Below the pieces are notes generated by a model that did no database searches, was not told where the DNA came from, and saw only the letters and a program-made list of their open reading frames with translations. 64,000 nt of DNA from an uncultured archaeon. Its GTDB lineage: Archaea > Aenigmatarchaeota > Aenigmatarchaeia > QMZP01 > JAFGSV01. Positions 8,317 through 17,976 of the stretch are shown one piece after another. Where the stretch lies: contig CAZLFZ010000001.1 of assembly GCA_964559215.1 (NCBI GenBank), positions 75,287 to 139,286 of the forward strand, written 5' to 3'. How positions within the stretch are numbered: the first letter of the stretch is position 1; each line of letters starts with the position of its first letter. A program made the position numbers and the translations under genes.

Positions 8317-10908
8317 TTATTTTATTCTGGTGTTTATCGTCTTGGAAATGGATATGGCGCTGAACCACCCAATCACAGCGAACAACAGCAGAACCGCCCA
8401 CTGTGAAACGTTCAGGGGGACTATGCCGAAGTAGATGTTCAGCGGGGTGTAGACAACCATGAGCTGCAACGCCAAAGACGCTATAAGGGCCAGGACCAGC
8501 ATCCTGTTGGCAAAGAATCCGAGCTTTTCCTGGTGCCGGATCACACCTATCCTCAGGAACTCGTACAACACAAAGCCCATGAACAAGGCCGTCCTTGCGT
8601 CACCTATGACCAGATAGATGTTAAGGAAGAAGACCAGCAAAAGGAAGGCGCTTTTTACAAGGCCTATGGACACTATGCTGTATAACGTTCGCTTGTCCAG
8701 TATCCCCTCTCCCCTTTTTCTCGGCTTCCTCTCCATGATATCGGGCGCGGGTGGATCGATTCCGAGCGCCAGGGCCGGCAGGCCGTCCGTGAGCAGGTTT
8801 ATCCACAATATATGCACCGGCAACAGTATGGGCTCGTCCAATGCCAGCAGCAGGGTCCCCATGAATATCACGAAGACCTCTGCGAAGTTGCAGGTCAGCA
8901 GGTAATTCACAAACTTCCGGATGTTGTCGAATATCCTTCTCCCTTCCTTGACGGCGTTTTTTATGGTGGCGAAATTGTCGTCTACGAGTATGATGTCGCT
9001 TGCCTCCTTGGCAACCTCCGTGCCCCTCTCTCCCATCGCTATCCCAACGTCCGCCTTCTTCAATGCCAGGGCATCGTTGACGCCGTCGCCTGTCATGGCT
9101 ACCCTGTTGTCGTGCTGCAGGACCTTCAATATGCGCAGCTTGTCAAACGGCGATGTTCTGGCAAAGATATTGGTTCCCTCTTCTATTCTCTCCTGGAGAG
9201 TCTCGTCGCTCATTCCGGCAAGTTCGTTCCCTGACACGGTTCCCTTGCTCCTTAGACCGACTTCGTTCGCGATCGCCTTTGCCGTCTCCATGTTGTCCCC
9301 TGTGATCATAATGACCCGGATGCCGGCCGTCTTGCATTCACGTAACGCATCTTTCGCTTCTTCCCTGGGTGGGTCCAGCATGCCGGCAAGACCGATGAAC
9401 ACCAAATCCCTTTCTATATTCTTTTCCACTATCTCCGTCCTGGACTCCTTGTAGGCGAACGCCAGAACCCTCAGCGCATGGGCGGCGAACTCGTTGTCCT
9501 GCTTCAGTATCTTCTCCCTCGTCTTCTTGTCCATACGCTGAACTTTCCCCTCTCTGAACATCTTCGTGCACCTTTCAAGCAAGACTTCTGGAGCTCCCTT
9601 GGAAAAAACGTATCTCTTGTTCCTGTGCTTGCAAACCACGCTCATCCTCTTTCTTTTCGAGGTGAAAGAGATTTCGTTCACCCTTCTGTACATCTCGTTC
9701 AACTCGTTTTTTCCAAAGCCGAAGCGCTCGGAAAACTCTGTTATCGCAACCTCTGTCTGGTCTCCGATTATCTTTCTCTTCCCATGCTCGTCCAGCACAA
9801 CGCTCGAGTTGTTACACAATGCCCCGCACAACATGAGCAGCTCCATCCTGTGCGCATCCTGCTTGTTCATCTCGCGCCTGTCGTACACGACCTCATCAAA
9901 CAAGACCTTCGTCACGGACATCCTGTTCTTCGTGAGTGTGCCTGTCTTGTCTGTGCATATCACGTTCACCGAACCTATGGATTCCACGACTGGAAGCTTC
10001 CTTATGAGCGCCTTGCTCCTGACCATGAACTTGGCCCCGAAGGTCAAGGCGAGCGTCACGACCGCCGGCAATCCCTCTGGTATGGCTGCAACCGCAAGCG
10101 ACACGGCTGTCAAAAAGGCCGTATAAAGCCCGTATTTGAAATAGCCGAGCAGGAAGATTGCGGCGGCGATACAAATCACCAGCCAGAAAATGCGCTTGCT
10201 GAAATCCGCGAGCTCAAGCTGGAATGGTGTCTTTGTCTCTTCGATCTCCTGCATCTTCTCGGCGAGCTTCCCAACCTCGGTGTGCATGCCCGTCTCAAAG
10301 ACCAGCATCTTCGCTCTTCCGGAAATAAGACTCGTGTTCATGAAAGCTGCGCCTGATCCGCCCTTTCTTATCGCCCTTGATTCACCCGTCAGTATGGACT
10401 CATCAAGCATCATGTCAAAGGCCTGGATTATCTTTCCGTCGGCTGGGACTATGTCCCCCCCTTCCATCAAAACGACATCTCCCGGCACGATATCTGTTGC
10501 AGGGATCTCTTTTTCCTTGCCGTTCCGGATAACCCTCGCATTCGGGGTTGACATGCTCCTTAGCGCCTCTATGGCCCTCTCGGCCTTCCAGTCCTGGAAA
10601 AATCCCGAGATTCCGGCGGCAAGGACTATTATCAGAATAAGGGCGGTGTCTACAAGATTTGATTCAGAACCTGGCAAGAATGAGAGACCAGACAAGACCA
10701 TGGCGGCTGCTATGAGTATGATGATGAGGGGGGATGTGAACTGGGACAGGAATATCCTGACGGGTGATATTTTTTTTGTCCGGCTTATCTCGTTACGCCC
10801 GTGCCTTCGCAAGCGCTTGGCCGCCTCTTCCTCGGAAACGCCGGCCTTGCCGCTGGCAAGGCGCTTGTACGCAACAGAAAGCTTTATCTTTTCCCATTCC
10901 TTGTGCAT
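8317..10908 (-). CDS. P-type Ca2+-transporting ATPase (P2A)
   Basis: TGES, IPEGLP, DKTGTLT, KGAPE, MITGD and TGDGVND motifs; M5 NFAE, M6 NLLTDG, M8 E. Confidence 0.95.
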   Translation of the reverse strand: MHKEWEKIKLSVAYKRLASGKAGVSEEEAAKRLRRHGRNEISRTKKISPVRIFLSQFTSPLIIILIAAAMVLSGLSFLPGSESNLVDTALILIIVLAAGISGFFQDWKAERAIEALRSMSTPNARVIRNGKEKEIPATDIVPGDVVLMEGGDIVPADGKIIQAFDMMLDESILTGESRAIRKGGSGAAFMNTSLISGRAKMLVFETGMHTEVGKLAEKMQEIEETKTPFQLELADFSKRIFWLVICIAAAIFLLGYFKYGLYTAFLTAVSLAVAAIPEGLPAVVTLALTFGAKFMVRSKALIRKLPVVESIGSVNVICTDKTGTLTKNRMSVTKVLFDEVVYDRREMNKQDAHRMELLMLCGALCNNSSVVLDEHGKRKIIGDQTEVAITEFSERFGFGKNELNEMYRRVNEISFTSKRKRMSVVCKHRNKRYVFSKGAPEVLLERCTKMFREGKVQRMDKKTREKILKQDNEFAAHALRVLAFAYKESRTEIVEKNIERDLVFIGLAGMLDPPREEAKDALRECKTAGIRVIMITGDNMETAKAIANEVGLRSKGTVSGNELAGMSDETLQERIEEGTNIFARTSPFDKLRILKVLQHDNRVAMTGDGVNDALALKKADVGIAMGERGTEVAKEASDIILVDDNFATIKNAVKEGRRIFDNIRKFVNYLLTCNFAEVFVIFMGTLLLALDEPILLPVHILWINLLTDGLPALALGIDPPAPDIMERKPRKRGEGILDKRTLYSIVSIGLVKSAFLLLVFFLNIYLVIGDARTALFMGFVLYEFLRIGVIRHQEKLGFFANRMLVLALIASLALQLMVVYTPLNIYFGIVPLNVSQWAVLLLFAVIGWFSAISISKTINTRIK

Positions 10909-10981
10909 GAATAATTATTTGCTTTTTAGTGTATTAAGTTTTTAAACAATCCGCGATTTCAAAGGGACAGAGCACGCGTTT

Positions 10982-11311
10982 TCACTTTTTCAGCTTGAGT
11001 ATAGCAGCCGCGATGTCTCCCTCTTCCAGCAGCGCTTTCCTTGCCTCTTCCTCGCCCGTTCCTGCCTTTTCCATCACCAACTTGACATCATCGTCTGTGA
11101 AGCGTTCATGTCCCCTTTCCTCGACTTCCCCTGTTATCTGGTACGTCTGCTGGCCCATCATGTTGATGCTGGTGACCTGCGGGTTTGATATCACGATGTC
11201 CTTTTCAGGGGTCTTTATCACAACCTCATCTGCCTCCATGGGCACCGCCTGCATCCCCATCCTCTTCATCGCCTTCTCTATCTGCCGCGGATTTATCCTC
11301 ATATCATTCAC
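10982..11311 (-). CDS. nac: Archaeal nascent polypeptide-associated complex protein
   Basis: NPRQIEKAMKRMG, GQQTYQITG and UBA-like C-terminus (GDIAAAILKL). Confidence 0.9.
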   Translation of the reverse strand: MNDMRINPRQIEKAMKRMGMQAVPMEADEVVIKTPEKDIVISNPQVTSINMMGQQTYQITGEVEERGHERFTDDDVKLVMEKAGTGEEEARKALLEEGDIAAAILKLKK

Positions 11312-11442
11312 TTATCGGACTGGTTTAAATTTTATTTGGGGTATTGAAAGTCTGTATTTCAAAATTTTGTTTTGATTATATATAACAGGGGATATTCATG
11401 TTTTTATCTTTTTACCGCCAAACTTTTACTCAGTGGTTTTAG

Positions 11443-14091
11443 ATGGAGTTCCAGGTGCTTGATGCGGACTATGTCTTGGTGAATGAGAAGCCTGTAATCA
11501 GGGTGTTCGGCAAGAATTTGCAGGGCGAGACCGTTTGCGGGTTCTATGAGGGATTCAGACCCTATTTTTATGCTATTGGGGAAGGCATCGAGGAAAAGCT
11601 GGCCGACAATCCCCAGGTCGTATCGATAGAAAAGGTTAAAAGGTGCCTGCCGGTGGGATACCAGGAACCGTCTGATGTTTACATGATAACACTGAAAAAT
11701 CCGGCAAGGACCGTGGAAGTCAGGGAGATGCTCAGGTCAGCTGGCATCGTTCCATACGAAGCTGACATACTCTTCAAGTACAGGTGGATGAACGATTTTG
11801 GCGTTGGTGGCATGAAATGGGTGAGCACTCCAGAAAGCAATGGTGTATCAACCGACAGTGTCTCCTGCCAGAGAAAAATACAGATGAAGAAGGTGAAAGG
11901 GTTAGCGCTGGAATATGATGCGCCGCTGAAATACTTGGCGCTGGATATAGAGACGGTCGGCGAGGACGAAAGCAAAATGCCTGAAGCCGGCAGGGATCCA
12001 ATAGTCATGATATCGCTCGTTTTCGAACCTTTTTACATGGGAAAGAAATCCCTTGTTCTATCAACCAGAACCGGCGATGGCGTCGAACCATGCAATGATG
12101 AAAAGGGGATGCTGCAGAAACTGGTGGAGATAATCAATGATTACGACCCTGACGTTATGACAGGTTACAACATAATCAATTTCGACCTGCCTTACATCCT
12201 GGAGAGGATGAAAAAGAACAGCGTCAAGCCCATTTTTGGCCGGTGCAAACTCAAGTATGTCAGGGCTGACAAATTCGCCAACCGATACAGGATCTCCATC
12301 GTGGGCCGTATTATCGCAGACTCTTTTCAGATTGTCAAGAGGGGGTGGAATCTCAAAAGGTATGGGCTGGACTTCGTCGCACATGAATTGCTCGGAGAAG
12401 AAAAGGGAGATGTGAAGAAGTCCGAGATAGGCAAATTGTGGAAAGGCTCAGCGGAACAGTTCAGACGGCTTGCCAGTTATTGTCTGAAAGACAGCATACT
12501 GGCCATGAACCTCTTGCTCAAAAGGGACTTGTTGGACAAGTACGTTGCGCTGTCTAAAATATCAGGTTCCCTGTTAAATGACATACTTGGCGGGGGCGAA
12601 ATCCAGAGGATCGAGAACTATCTGCTCAGGGAGTTCAACAAGGAGGGCTACATACTCCCTTCTAAGCTGGACAGGAGCCATATCGAAAAGGTGAATGGCG
12701 ACAAAAAGGAGGAGCTGAAGGGGGGCTTTGTGCTGGAACCCAAAAGGGGTATTCATTCAATGGTTCTGGTGCTTGACTTCAAGTCCATGTATCCTTCGCT
12801 CATCAGGACCTACAACATATGCCCTACAACGCTTGTCACGGACGACGGTACGCATGATGTCATAGCAACGCCCATGGGTGCCAAGTTCGTTTCCAAAGGG
12901 GTGAGGTACGGTATAATGCCGAGGATACTTGAAAATCTCATGCATGAAAGGGGGAAGGTGAAGGAGGAGATGAAGCACGCAGATGATAAAGTGAAGAAAG
13001 GGCTTGACATGAAGCAGCTCGCCCTGAAGGTTATGTCAAACGCCTTTTACGGTTATTTTGGCTATTCCAGAGCCAAGATATACAATCTGGACATCGCCGG
13101 CGCAATAACTTCCCTGGGCAGGCACACGATACAGGAAACCGTCAAGACCGTGGAGGATGAATTCGGATACGAGGTTGTTTACGGCGATACCGATTCTGTG
13201 ATGATAAAGGTTCCCACCAAGAACCTGGACGAGGCCGAGGGAATGGGCAGGGATATGTCTGAGAAAATTACGAAAAAGTTGCCGGGGGTGATGGAACTGG
13301 AATTCGAGAAGATATTCAAGAGGTTTCTCCCCCTGACCAAAAAAAGGTACATGGCATGGTCTGTGGAAAGGGGGGAAGATGGGAAGTGGAAAGAAGAGAC
13401 CATCATGAAAGGCATAGAAACTGTGAGGAGGGATTGGTGCGAGCTGACATCAGAAACGATGGGACAGATAATAGAAATAATATTGAAGCACAACGACGTG
13501 AAGGAGGCTGTGCGCTATTTCAGGGATGTGGTGAAAGGCCTGCTGGCTGGCAAGATAGACATAGAAAAGCTCGTGATAACCAAGACCATAACAAAGAAAC
13601 CGGAATCCTACGTCGGTGTCCAGCCTCATGTAGAGGTGATAAAGAAAATGAGGCAGAGAAGTGTTCTGGATCTGCCGGGTGTGGGAGACAGGATAGGTTA
13701 TGTTATAGTCAAGGGAACGCAGCTCTTGTCAAAAAGGGCCGAGGATCCGGCATATATAAAAGAAAAGGGTCTCATGGTGGATTCCCAGTATTATATCAGT
13801 AATCAGATGTTGCCTCCGCTGGAGAGAATATTCTGCGCTATTGGTGTCGACAGGGAGGAGTTGTTTGGTATGGGAAAACAGATGGGCATCACAGAAGCTA
13901 TAAACAATCATAACCAAAGGCATGCTGAACGTGAACCTCTGGTAGTCAACGTGAAGGACATGAACGGCTTCATATGCAAAAAATGCAACAGATCCTACAG
14001 GAGACCACCTCTGATCGGCCGGTGTGAGTGCGGTGGTTCCTTTCTGTTTTCTTCTCCGATTGGGACTGCAGACCGGATCAGAATATCCTAG
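11443..14091 (+). CDS. polB: Family B DNA polymerase with exonuclease domain, uracil-pocket-like N-terminus and a C-terminal Zn-finger extension
   Basis: LDIET, GYNIINFDLPY, YCLKDS, LDFKSMYPS, KVMSNAFYGY, YGDTDS and KKRY motifs; no intein; extension CKKC...CECGG. Confidence 0.97.
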   Translation: MEFQVLDADYVLVNEKPVIRVFGKNLQGETVCGFYEGFRPYFYAIGEGIEEKLADNPQVVSIEKVKRCLPVGYQEPSDVYMITLKNPARTVEVREMLRSAGIVPYEADILFKYRWMNDFGVGGMKWVSTPESNGVSTDSVSCQRKIQMKKVKGLALEYDAPLKYLALDIETVGEDESKMPEAGRDPIVMISLVFEPFYMGKKSLVLSTRTGDGVEPCNDEKGMLQKLVEIINDYDPDVMTGYNIINFDLPYILERMKKNSVKPIFGRCKLKYVRADKFANRYRISIVGRIIADSFQIVKRGWNLKRYGLDFVAHELLGEEKGDVKKSEIGKLWKGSAEQFRRLASYCLKDSILAMNLLLKRDLLDKYVALSKISGSLLNDILGGGEIQRIENYLLREFNKEGYILPSKLDRSHIEKVNGDKKEELKGGFVLEPKRGIHSMVLVLDFKSMYPSLIRTYNICPTTLVTDDGTHDVIATPMGAKFVSKGVRYGIMPRILENLMHERGKVKEEMKHADDKVKKGLDMKQLALKVMSNAFYGYFGYSRAKIYNLDIAGAITSLGRHTIQETVKTVEDEFGYEVVYGDTDSVMIKVPTKNLDEAEGMGRDMSEKITKKLPGVMELEFEKIFKRFLPLTKKRYMAWSVERGEDGKWKEETIMKGIETVRRDWCELTSETMGQIIEIILKHNDVKEAVRYFRDVVKGLLAGKIDIEKLVITKTITKKPESYVGVQPHVEVIKKMRQRSVLDLPGVGDRIGYVIVKGTQLLSKRAEDPAYIKEKGLMVDSQYYISNQMLPPLERIFCAIGVDREELFGMGKQMGITEAINNHNQRHAEREPLVVNVKDMNGFICKKCNRSYRRPPLIGRCECGGSFLFSSPIGTADRIRIS

Positions 14092-14175
14092 TTCACGGCA
14101 TCACGGCGTCCCAGCATTCATGTTTTAGTCTATGTTTATGATACTTCACCAATACATGCAGAACTGGGCGTGAAT

Positions 14176-14310
14176 TTCCACTTGAAATGAGGGGGTCGGT
14201 TTTTGCATCCACCACCATTTCTTCATCTCAAACTTCATATATTCGCGCTTGGTGACTGTTTTTCCTGCAGGGGACCGAAAAATACAGTCTTCCACTTGAA
14301 ATAGGGGGGT
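14176..14310 (+). promoter_or_regulatory. Pair of direct ORB (origin recognition box) repeats
   Basis: TTCCACTTGAAATGAGGGGGT (14176-14196) and TTCCACTTGAAATAGGGGGGT (14290-14310) match the TTCCAsTnGAAA + G-string ORB pattern. Confidence 0.75.
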
Positions 14311-14372
14311 AACATCGTCATATGAAGGTGGAAAGACTTTATGTTAACTTTCAAAATCCAGGAAAAATTTAT

Positions 14373-15605
14373 CTATAAGCCAAGTAAAAGCAGGAGAGGT
14401 ATCGACATTCCTGAAAAGTATAGCATAGTCGGTATCATCAAGACCCCCATCAAGTACATCCTCTTCACACCCATTCTCGTGCAGGCCAGCCCCAGCATGG
14501 TGCACACCGCTGCTATTATCATGCCATAGATGCCTGAAAAGGCGATTACAAGGGACAGCAATATCAGCAGAACGGCTGCGTTGAGCTTCCTGTAGTTCAT
14601 CCTTTCCACGGCCCTCAAGCATGACTGGCCCAGCTTAAGCGTTATCAGGCTGGTAATGAAGCAGGACAACAAGGAGACCAGCAATATGAAATAAACTTCA
14701 TTTAACGTGATTCTCCCGATAATTTCCGAGACCGCCCAAGCGGCCCCTGATCTTGTTTTGCCAATGGCATGCAAAGCTATGAATGTGAAAATTATGTTTG
14801 ATGTGTTTATTCCACCCAAAGCCAACAAGAAGTCATGCTCCTTCCCTCTGAGCGCCCTGCTTGCAAGCACCCCCGCCTGCGCAGAGCCAATTCCTGGGAG
14901 AACTCCCACGAACATGCCTGCAAGCCAGCCTGCCAGAGCGCCCCTCATCCAATTCCAGGCAGGCTTTGCGGCCATGCTTTGCGCCGGCAGTGACATCTTC
15001 TGGATTATGCTTGTTATAATTATAGACAAGCCGAAAAGTCCGCTCAGAGCAGGAAAAAGTACTTGTTCTGCTGGCAGAACTGACAGCAGCATAAACCCTA
15101 CCATCCCTGATATGAAGAATAACAGCAAGGAGTAAAGCCTCTTCATCCCTCTCTCCTGGTATAAGAGCAGGAGGAGAACGGCAAGCAGCAACCAGTGTAT
15201 GTACGTGTGAATATGGGTGTAAAGAAAGGGGATGAACCATAGAATGAACGGCAGCGCCAGTACGGTCAACAGCATTACAGAAACCCCACCCATAACCGTT
15301 AGAAAAAGGGCCTCGTATCCTTTTCCCTGCAACAGGAATCTGTGGCCAGGGAGGACAGACAAGCAGCTGTCCGGCTCCGGGGCGCCGAGAAATATGCTTG
15401 GTATGAAATTTGCGATGGTGTTGCTGACTGACATGGAAACCACCAGGGCCAGAACAGCGTATGCTGACTGTCCATGCACAAGCCAGCTAAGGGAAACCAA
15501 AACAATGAGGACCGTATTGGGATGTAGCCCAGGCACGAGCCCTGCCAAGACGCCAAGCGCCGTTCCTACTATGAAAAAGAAAACTACTTCTATAATCATG
15601 TACAT
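14373..15605 (-). CDS. TctA-like tripartite tricarboxylate transporter family membrane protein (archaeal DUF112 type); start uncertain (15599, 15605 or 15638)
   Basis: AGLVPGLHPNT, FLGAPEPDSCLSVLPGHRFLLQGKGYEA and GVLPGIGSA motifs. Confidence 0.8.
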   Translation of the reverse strand: MYMIIEVVFFFIVGTALGVLAGLVPGLHPNTVLIVLVSLSWLVHGQSAYAVLALVVSMSVSNTIANFIPSIFLGAPEPDSCLSVLPGHRFLLQGKGYEALFLTVMGGVSVMLLTVLALPFILWFIPFLYTHIHTYIHWLLLAVLLLLLYQERGMKRLYSLLLFFISGMVGFMLLSVLPAEQVLFPALSGLFGLSIIITSIIQKMSLPAQSMAAKPAWNWMRGALAGWLAGMFVGVLPGIGSAQAGVLASRALRGKEHDFLLALGGINTSNIIFTFIALHAIGKTRSGAAWAVSEIIGRITLNEVYFILLVSLLSCFITSLITLKLGQSCLRAVERMNYRKLNAAVLLILLSLVIAFSGIYGMIIAAVCTMLGLACTRMGVKRMYLMGVLMIPTMLYFSGMSIPLLLLLGL

Positions 15606-15747
15606 CGTGCATCGGTTTTGCTGTTTATTCCAACACATGAAAGAAGTAAAATATGCTTGGTTTCAGAAAAATCAACCGGGTGGTTTAAAAAGCATCTAAC
15701 AGGACCGCGTTATGCGCGCTGCGAGAGAATTGTTGTGCCGGGATTCC

Positions 15748-16680
15748 CTAGGCGATTTCAATTTTTCTGGTCTTGAGGTCGATGAGCGCGTGATGCCCTC
15801 TTCCAAAAGACACCAGCGTCACTCCTTTGTAATTTTCCGTCCAGGGCTCGTTTTCGGCCGCAACCCATAATATATCAGGGATCGTTTCCAGTATTCTTTC
15901 ACTGCTCGGCGCGGGTATCTTATCTGTCCCTATGTATCTCTTCTTTAGCCATGCCAGGGCGTCTTCCTTCCTTGTCTGTTCATGCGGCCTGTATACGATT
16001 ATCGCCATTTTTTTGTTTCCCTTCTCCAGGAATATCCAAGCTGGATTTGGGATGTCTTTTTCATTTCCTTCCACATCCGTCACGGTGAGGGGGGTCAGTA
16101 CTATGTCAGCGCTTTTGGCTTGGCTGCCCGGCTCTCCTGCCAAAAGCAGCGTGTTGTCCAGGTTGTTAACCACCCTGTTCATGGGGATGTCCGGATATAC
16201 TACTTCCTCCCCAAACAGCGTTTTCTCCCGGACCCAGCCCCGGACACCAACGACGTCGTCAAGCTCCACCTTTTCCTGGCTTCTCACTTCAACCTCTCCC
16301 GTGCCATCCTCGAGAACGAACCCCTGGCTTGTACGCTCTTTTACCATGCCCACTACAGATAACTTGCTGTTGGTTCTTCCTATGTTGTTAATGGAAACTG
16401 CCTCAATTTTTCTCAACAGAAAATCCCTTATCCTTTTATATTTTTCAGCGTTGAGCTGGATGATGTCATCGGGGGTCAGCTCTAACTTGGTTGCAGCGCC
16501 CCTGACGCAGCAGCTCAGCTTTTCAGCGGCTTCCTCATCTACCTGAATAACCATGCCCCTGTTTTTCTTTGTTTTTTCCAGAAAAGCGTCGAGGCCCGTT
16601 GTCTCTATTTTTTTCAAAATCTCTGGCGTTGCCATGACGCCAAGGCTCAACAGCTTCCGGACTATAGCTTCCCTTTCCAT
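15748..16680 (-). CDS. Degenerate PolD small subunit (DP1) homolog: N-terminal helical domain, OB fold and inactivated phosphoesterase remnant
   Basis: OB fold (VVGMVKERT...LEDGTG...DDVVGVRG), YPDIP, NP, WLKKRY, PDIL and YKGVTLV echo DP1; metal-binding motifs absent; directly downstream of cdc6. Confidence 0.72.
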   Translation of the reverse strand: MEREAIVRKLLSLGVMATPEILKKIETTGLDAFLEKTKKNRGMVIQVDEEAAEKLSCCVRGAATKLELTPDDIIQLNAEKYKRIRDFLLRKIEAVSINNIGRTNSKLSVVGMVKERTSQGFVLEDGTGEVEVRSQEKVELDDVVGVRGWVREKTLFGEEVVYPDIPMNRVVNNLDNTLLLAGEPGSQAKSADIVLTPLTVTDVEGNEKDIPNPAWIFLEKGNKKMAIIVYRPHEQTRKEDALAWLKKRYIGTDKIPAPSSERILETIPDILWVAAENEPWTENYKGVTLVSFGRGHHALIDLKTRKIEIA

Positions 16681-16694
16681 AATAAAATCATGTA

Positions 16695-17918
16695 TCAGAA
16701 ATTAATAAAAGCTTCAGGGAACTCGGAGCCCAGCGTTTTCGACATGAGTGAAACGATCTTTTGACTCAGTTGTATGTTTATTTTTCTTGTCCGGCCGTAT
16801 CTTCCCTTGGATATGACCGAGGCGTTTATCACCCCCAGTACATCGAGCTCGGATATGAGGTCGGATACCCTCCTCTGGGTGAGTGTTTTCAGGCCGTTCT
16901 GAATGGCAACTTTCTCGTACAATTCGTAGACTTCGCCTGTTTGCATGTTTTTCTTCTCTTTTTTATGCAAGGATAGTATGGAGAGCATAACCAGTTTGGA
17001 CTGCTTGGGCTGGGCCCGTATTATCTCTATTATCCGGTCTTTGTCGAGTTTTTCCTCCGCCGCGTCAACGTGGTGCTCTGTGACCTTCCTGCCGTTCTCT
17101 CTTTCAGTAAGTTCCGCTGCCACCCTCAGCAGATCCAATGCCTTTCTGGCGTCGCCGTGCTCCTGCGCAGCCAGCGCCGCGCACTTCGTTATCACCGCGT
17201 AATCCACGCCTTCCTCACTGAAGGCTGTCTTGGCTCTCTCAATCAGTATGTCCCGGAGTTCGTTTGCGTTGTAGGGGGGGAATATCATTTCCTCCTCCGA
17301 GAGGGAGGATCTGATTCTGGGATCCAGATTATCTATGAATGAGACCTTGTTGGATATGCCTACTATGGTAGTTTTTGCTCCGCGCAACTCTTGGTTGATT
17401 CTCGTGAGAGTATATAGAATGTCGTCGCCGACCTTCTCCAGCAAGGCGTCTATTTCGTCCAGAACCAGAATAACGTTGCCGCCGTTCTTTTCCAATATTT
17501 TAGAAAGCTGTTTGTACAGGGTGTTTGTAGGCAGGCCCGTGAAGGGAACTTCAAGTCCGAAGCAAGACAGGAGCTGGGCCAGCAGCCTGTACTCCGTGTC
17601 TGCCACCTTTCTCATTTTGCAGTTCACATAAATTATCTTCACCTTTTTGCTGGAGTTGCTGGCGGTCTCCTGCAAGGTGTTGCTTACCTTTTTTATACAC
17701 AGGCTTTTTCCTGTTCCTGTTTTCCCGTAAATGAACACATTGGATGGCTTTTCTCCCCTCAGAACGGGCGCCAGCATCAGGGCCAGTTCCCGTATTTGTT
17801 TTTCTCTGTGTGGGATGTTCTCCGGTGTAAAATCAGCTGACAGCGTGTCCTTGGCCCTGAACAAACCAACACCGTTTGCGTAGGAGCTGAAGATCTCACT
17901 CAGGGAGCGTTGTGTCAT
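16695..17918 (-). CDS. cdc6: Orc1/Cdc6 replication initiator
   Basis: Walker A GKTGTGKS, Walker B LVLDEID, FPPYNANEL, HGDARKALDLL and winged-helix GRYGRTR. Confidence 0.97.
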   Translation of the reverse strand: MTQRSLSEIFSSYANGVGLFRAKDTLSADFTPENIPHREKQIRELALMLAPVLRGEKPSNVFIYGKTGTGKSLCIKKVSNTLQETASNSSKKVKIIYVNCKMRKVADTEYRLLAQLLSCFGLEVPFTGLPTNTLYKQLSKILEKNGGNVILVLDEIDALLEKVGDDILYTLTRINQELRGAKTTIVGISNKVSFIDNLDPRIRSSLSEEEMIFPPYNANELRDILIERAKTAFSEEGVDYAVITKCAALAAQEHGDARKALDLLRVAAELTERENGRKVTEHHVDAAEEKLDKDRIIEIIRAQPKQSKLVMLSILSLHKKEKKNMQTGEVYELYEKVAIQNGLKTLTQRRVSDLISELDVLGVINASVISKGRYGRTRKINIQLSQKIVSLMSKTLGSEFPEAFINF

Positions 17919-17976
17919 TAAAACATCACCGTTTTTAGAGGAATTATTATATTGCTTCCCTGTTTAAAAAGCTTTA

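Noticed and set aside
11443-17918. Inteins in PolB or Cdc6
   Set aside because: Lengths and motif spacing are normal, with no C/S...HN splice-junction blocks.
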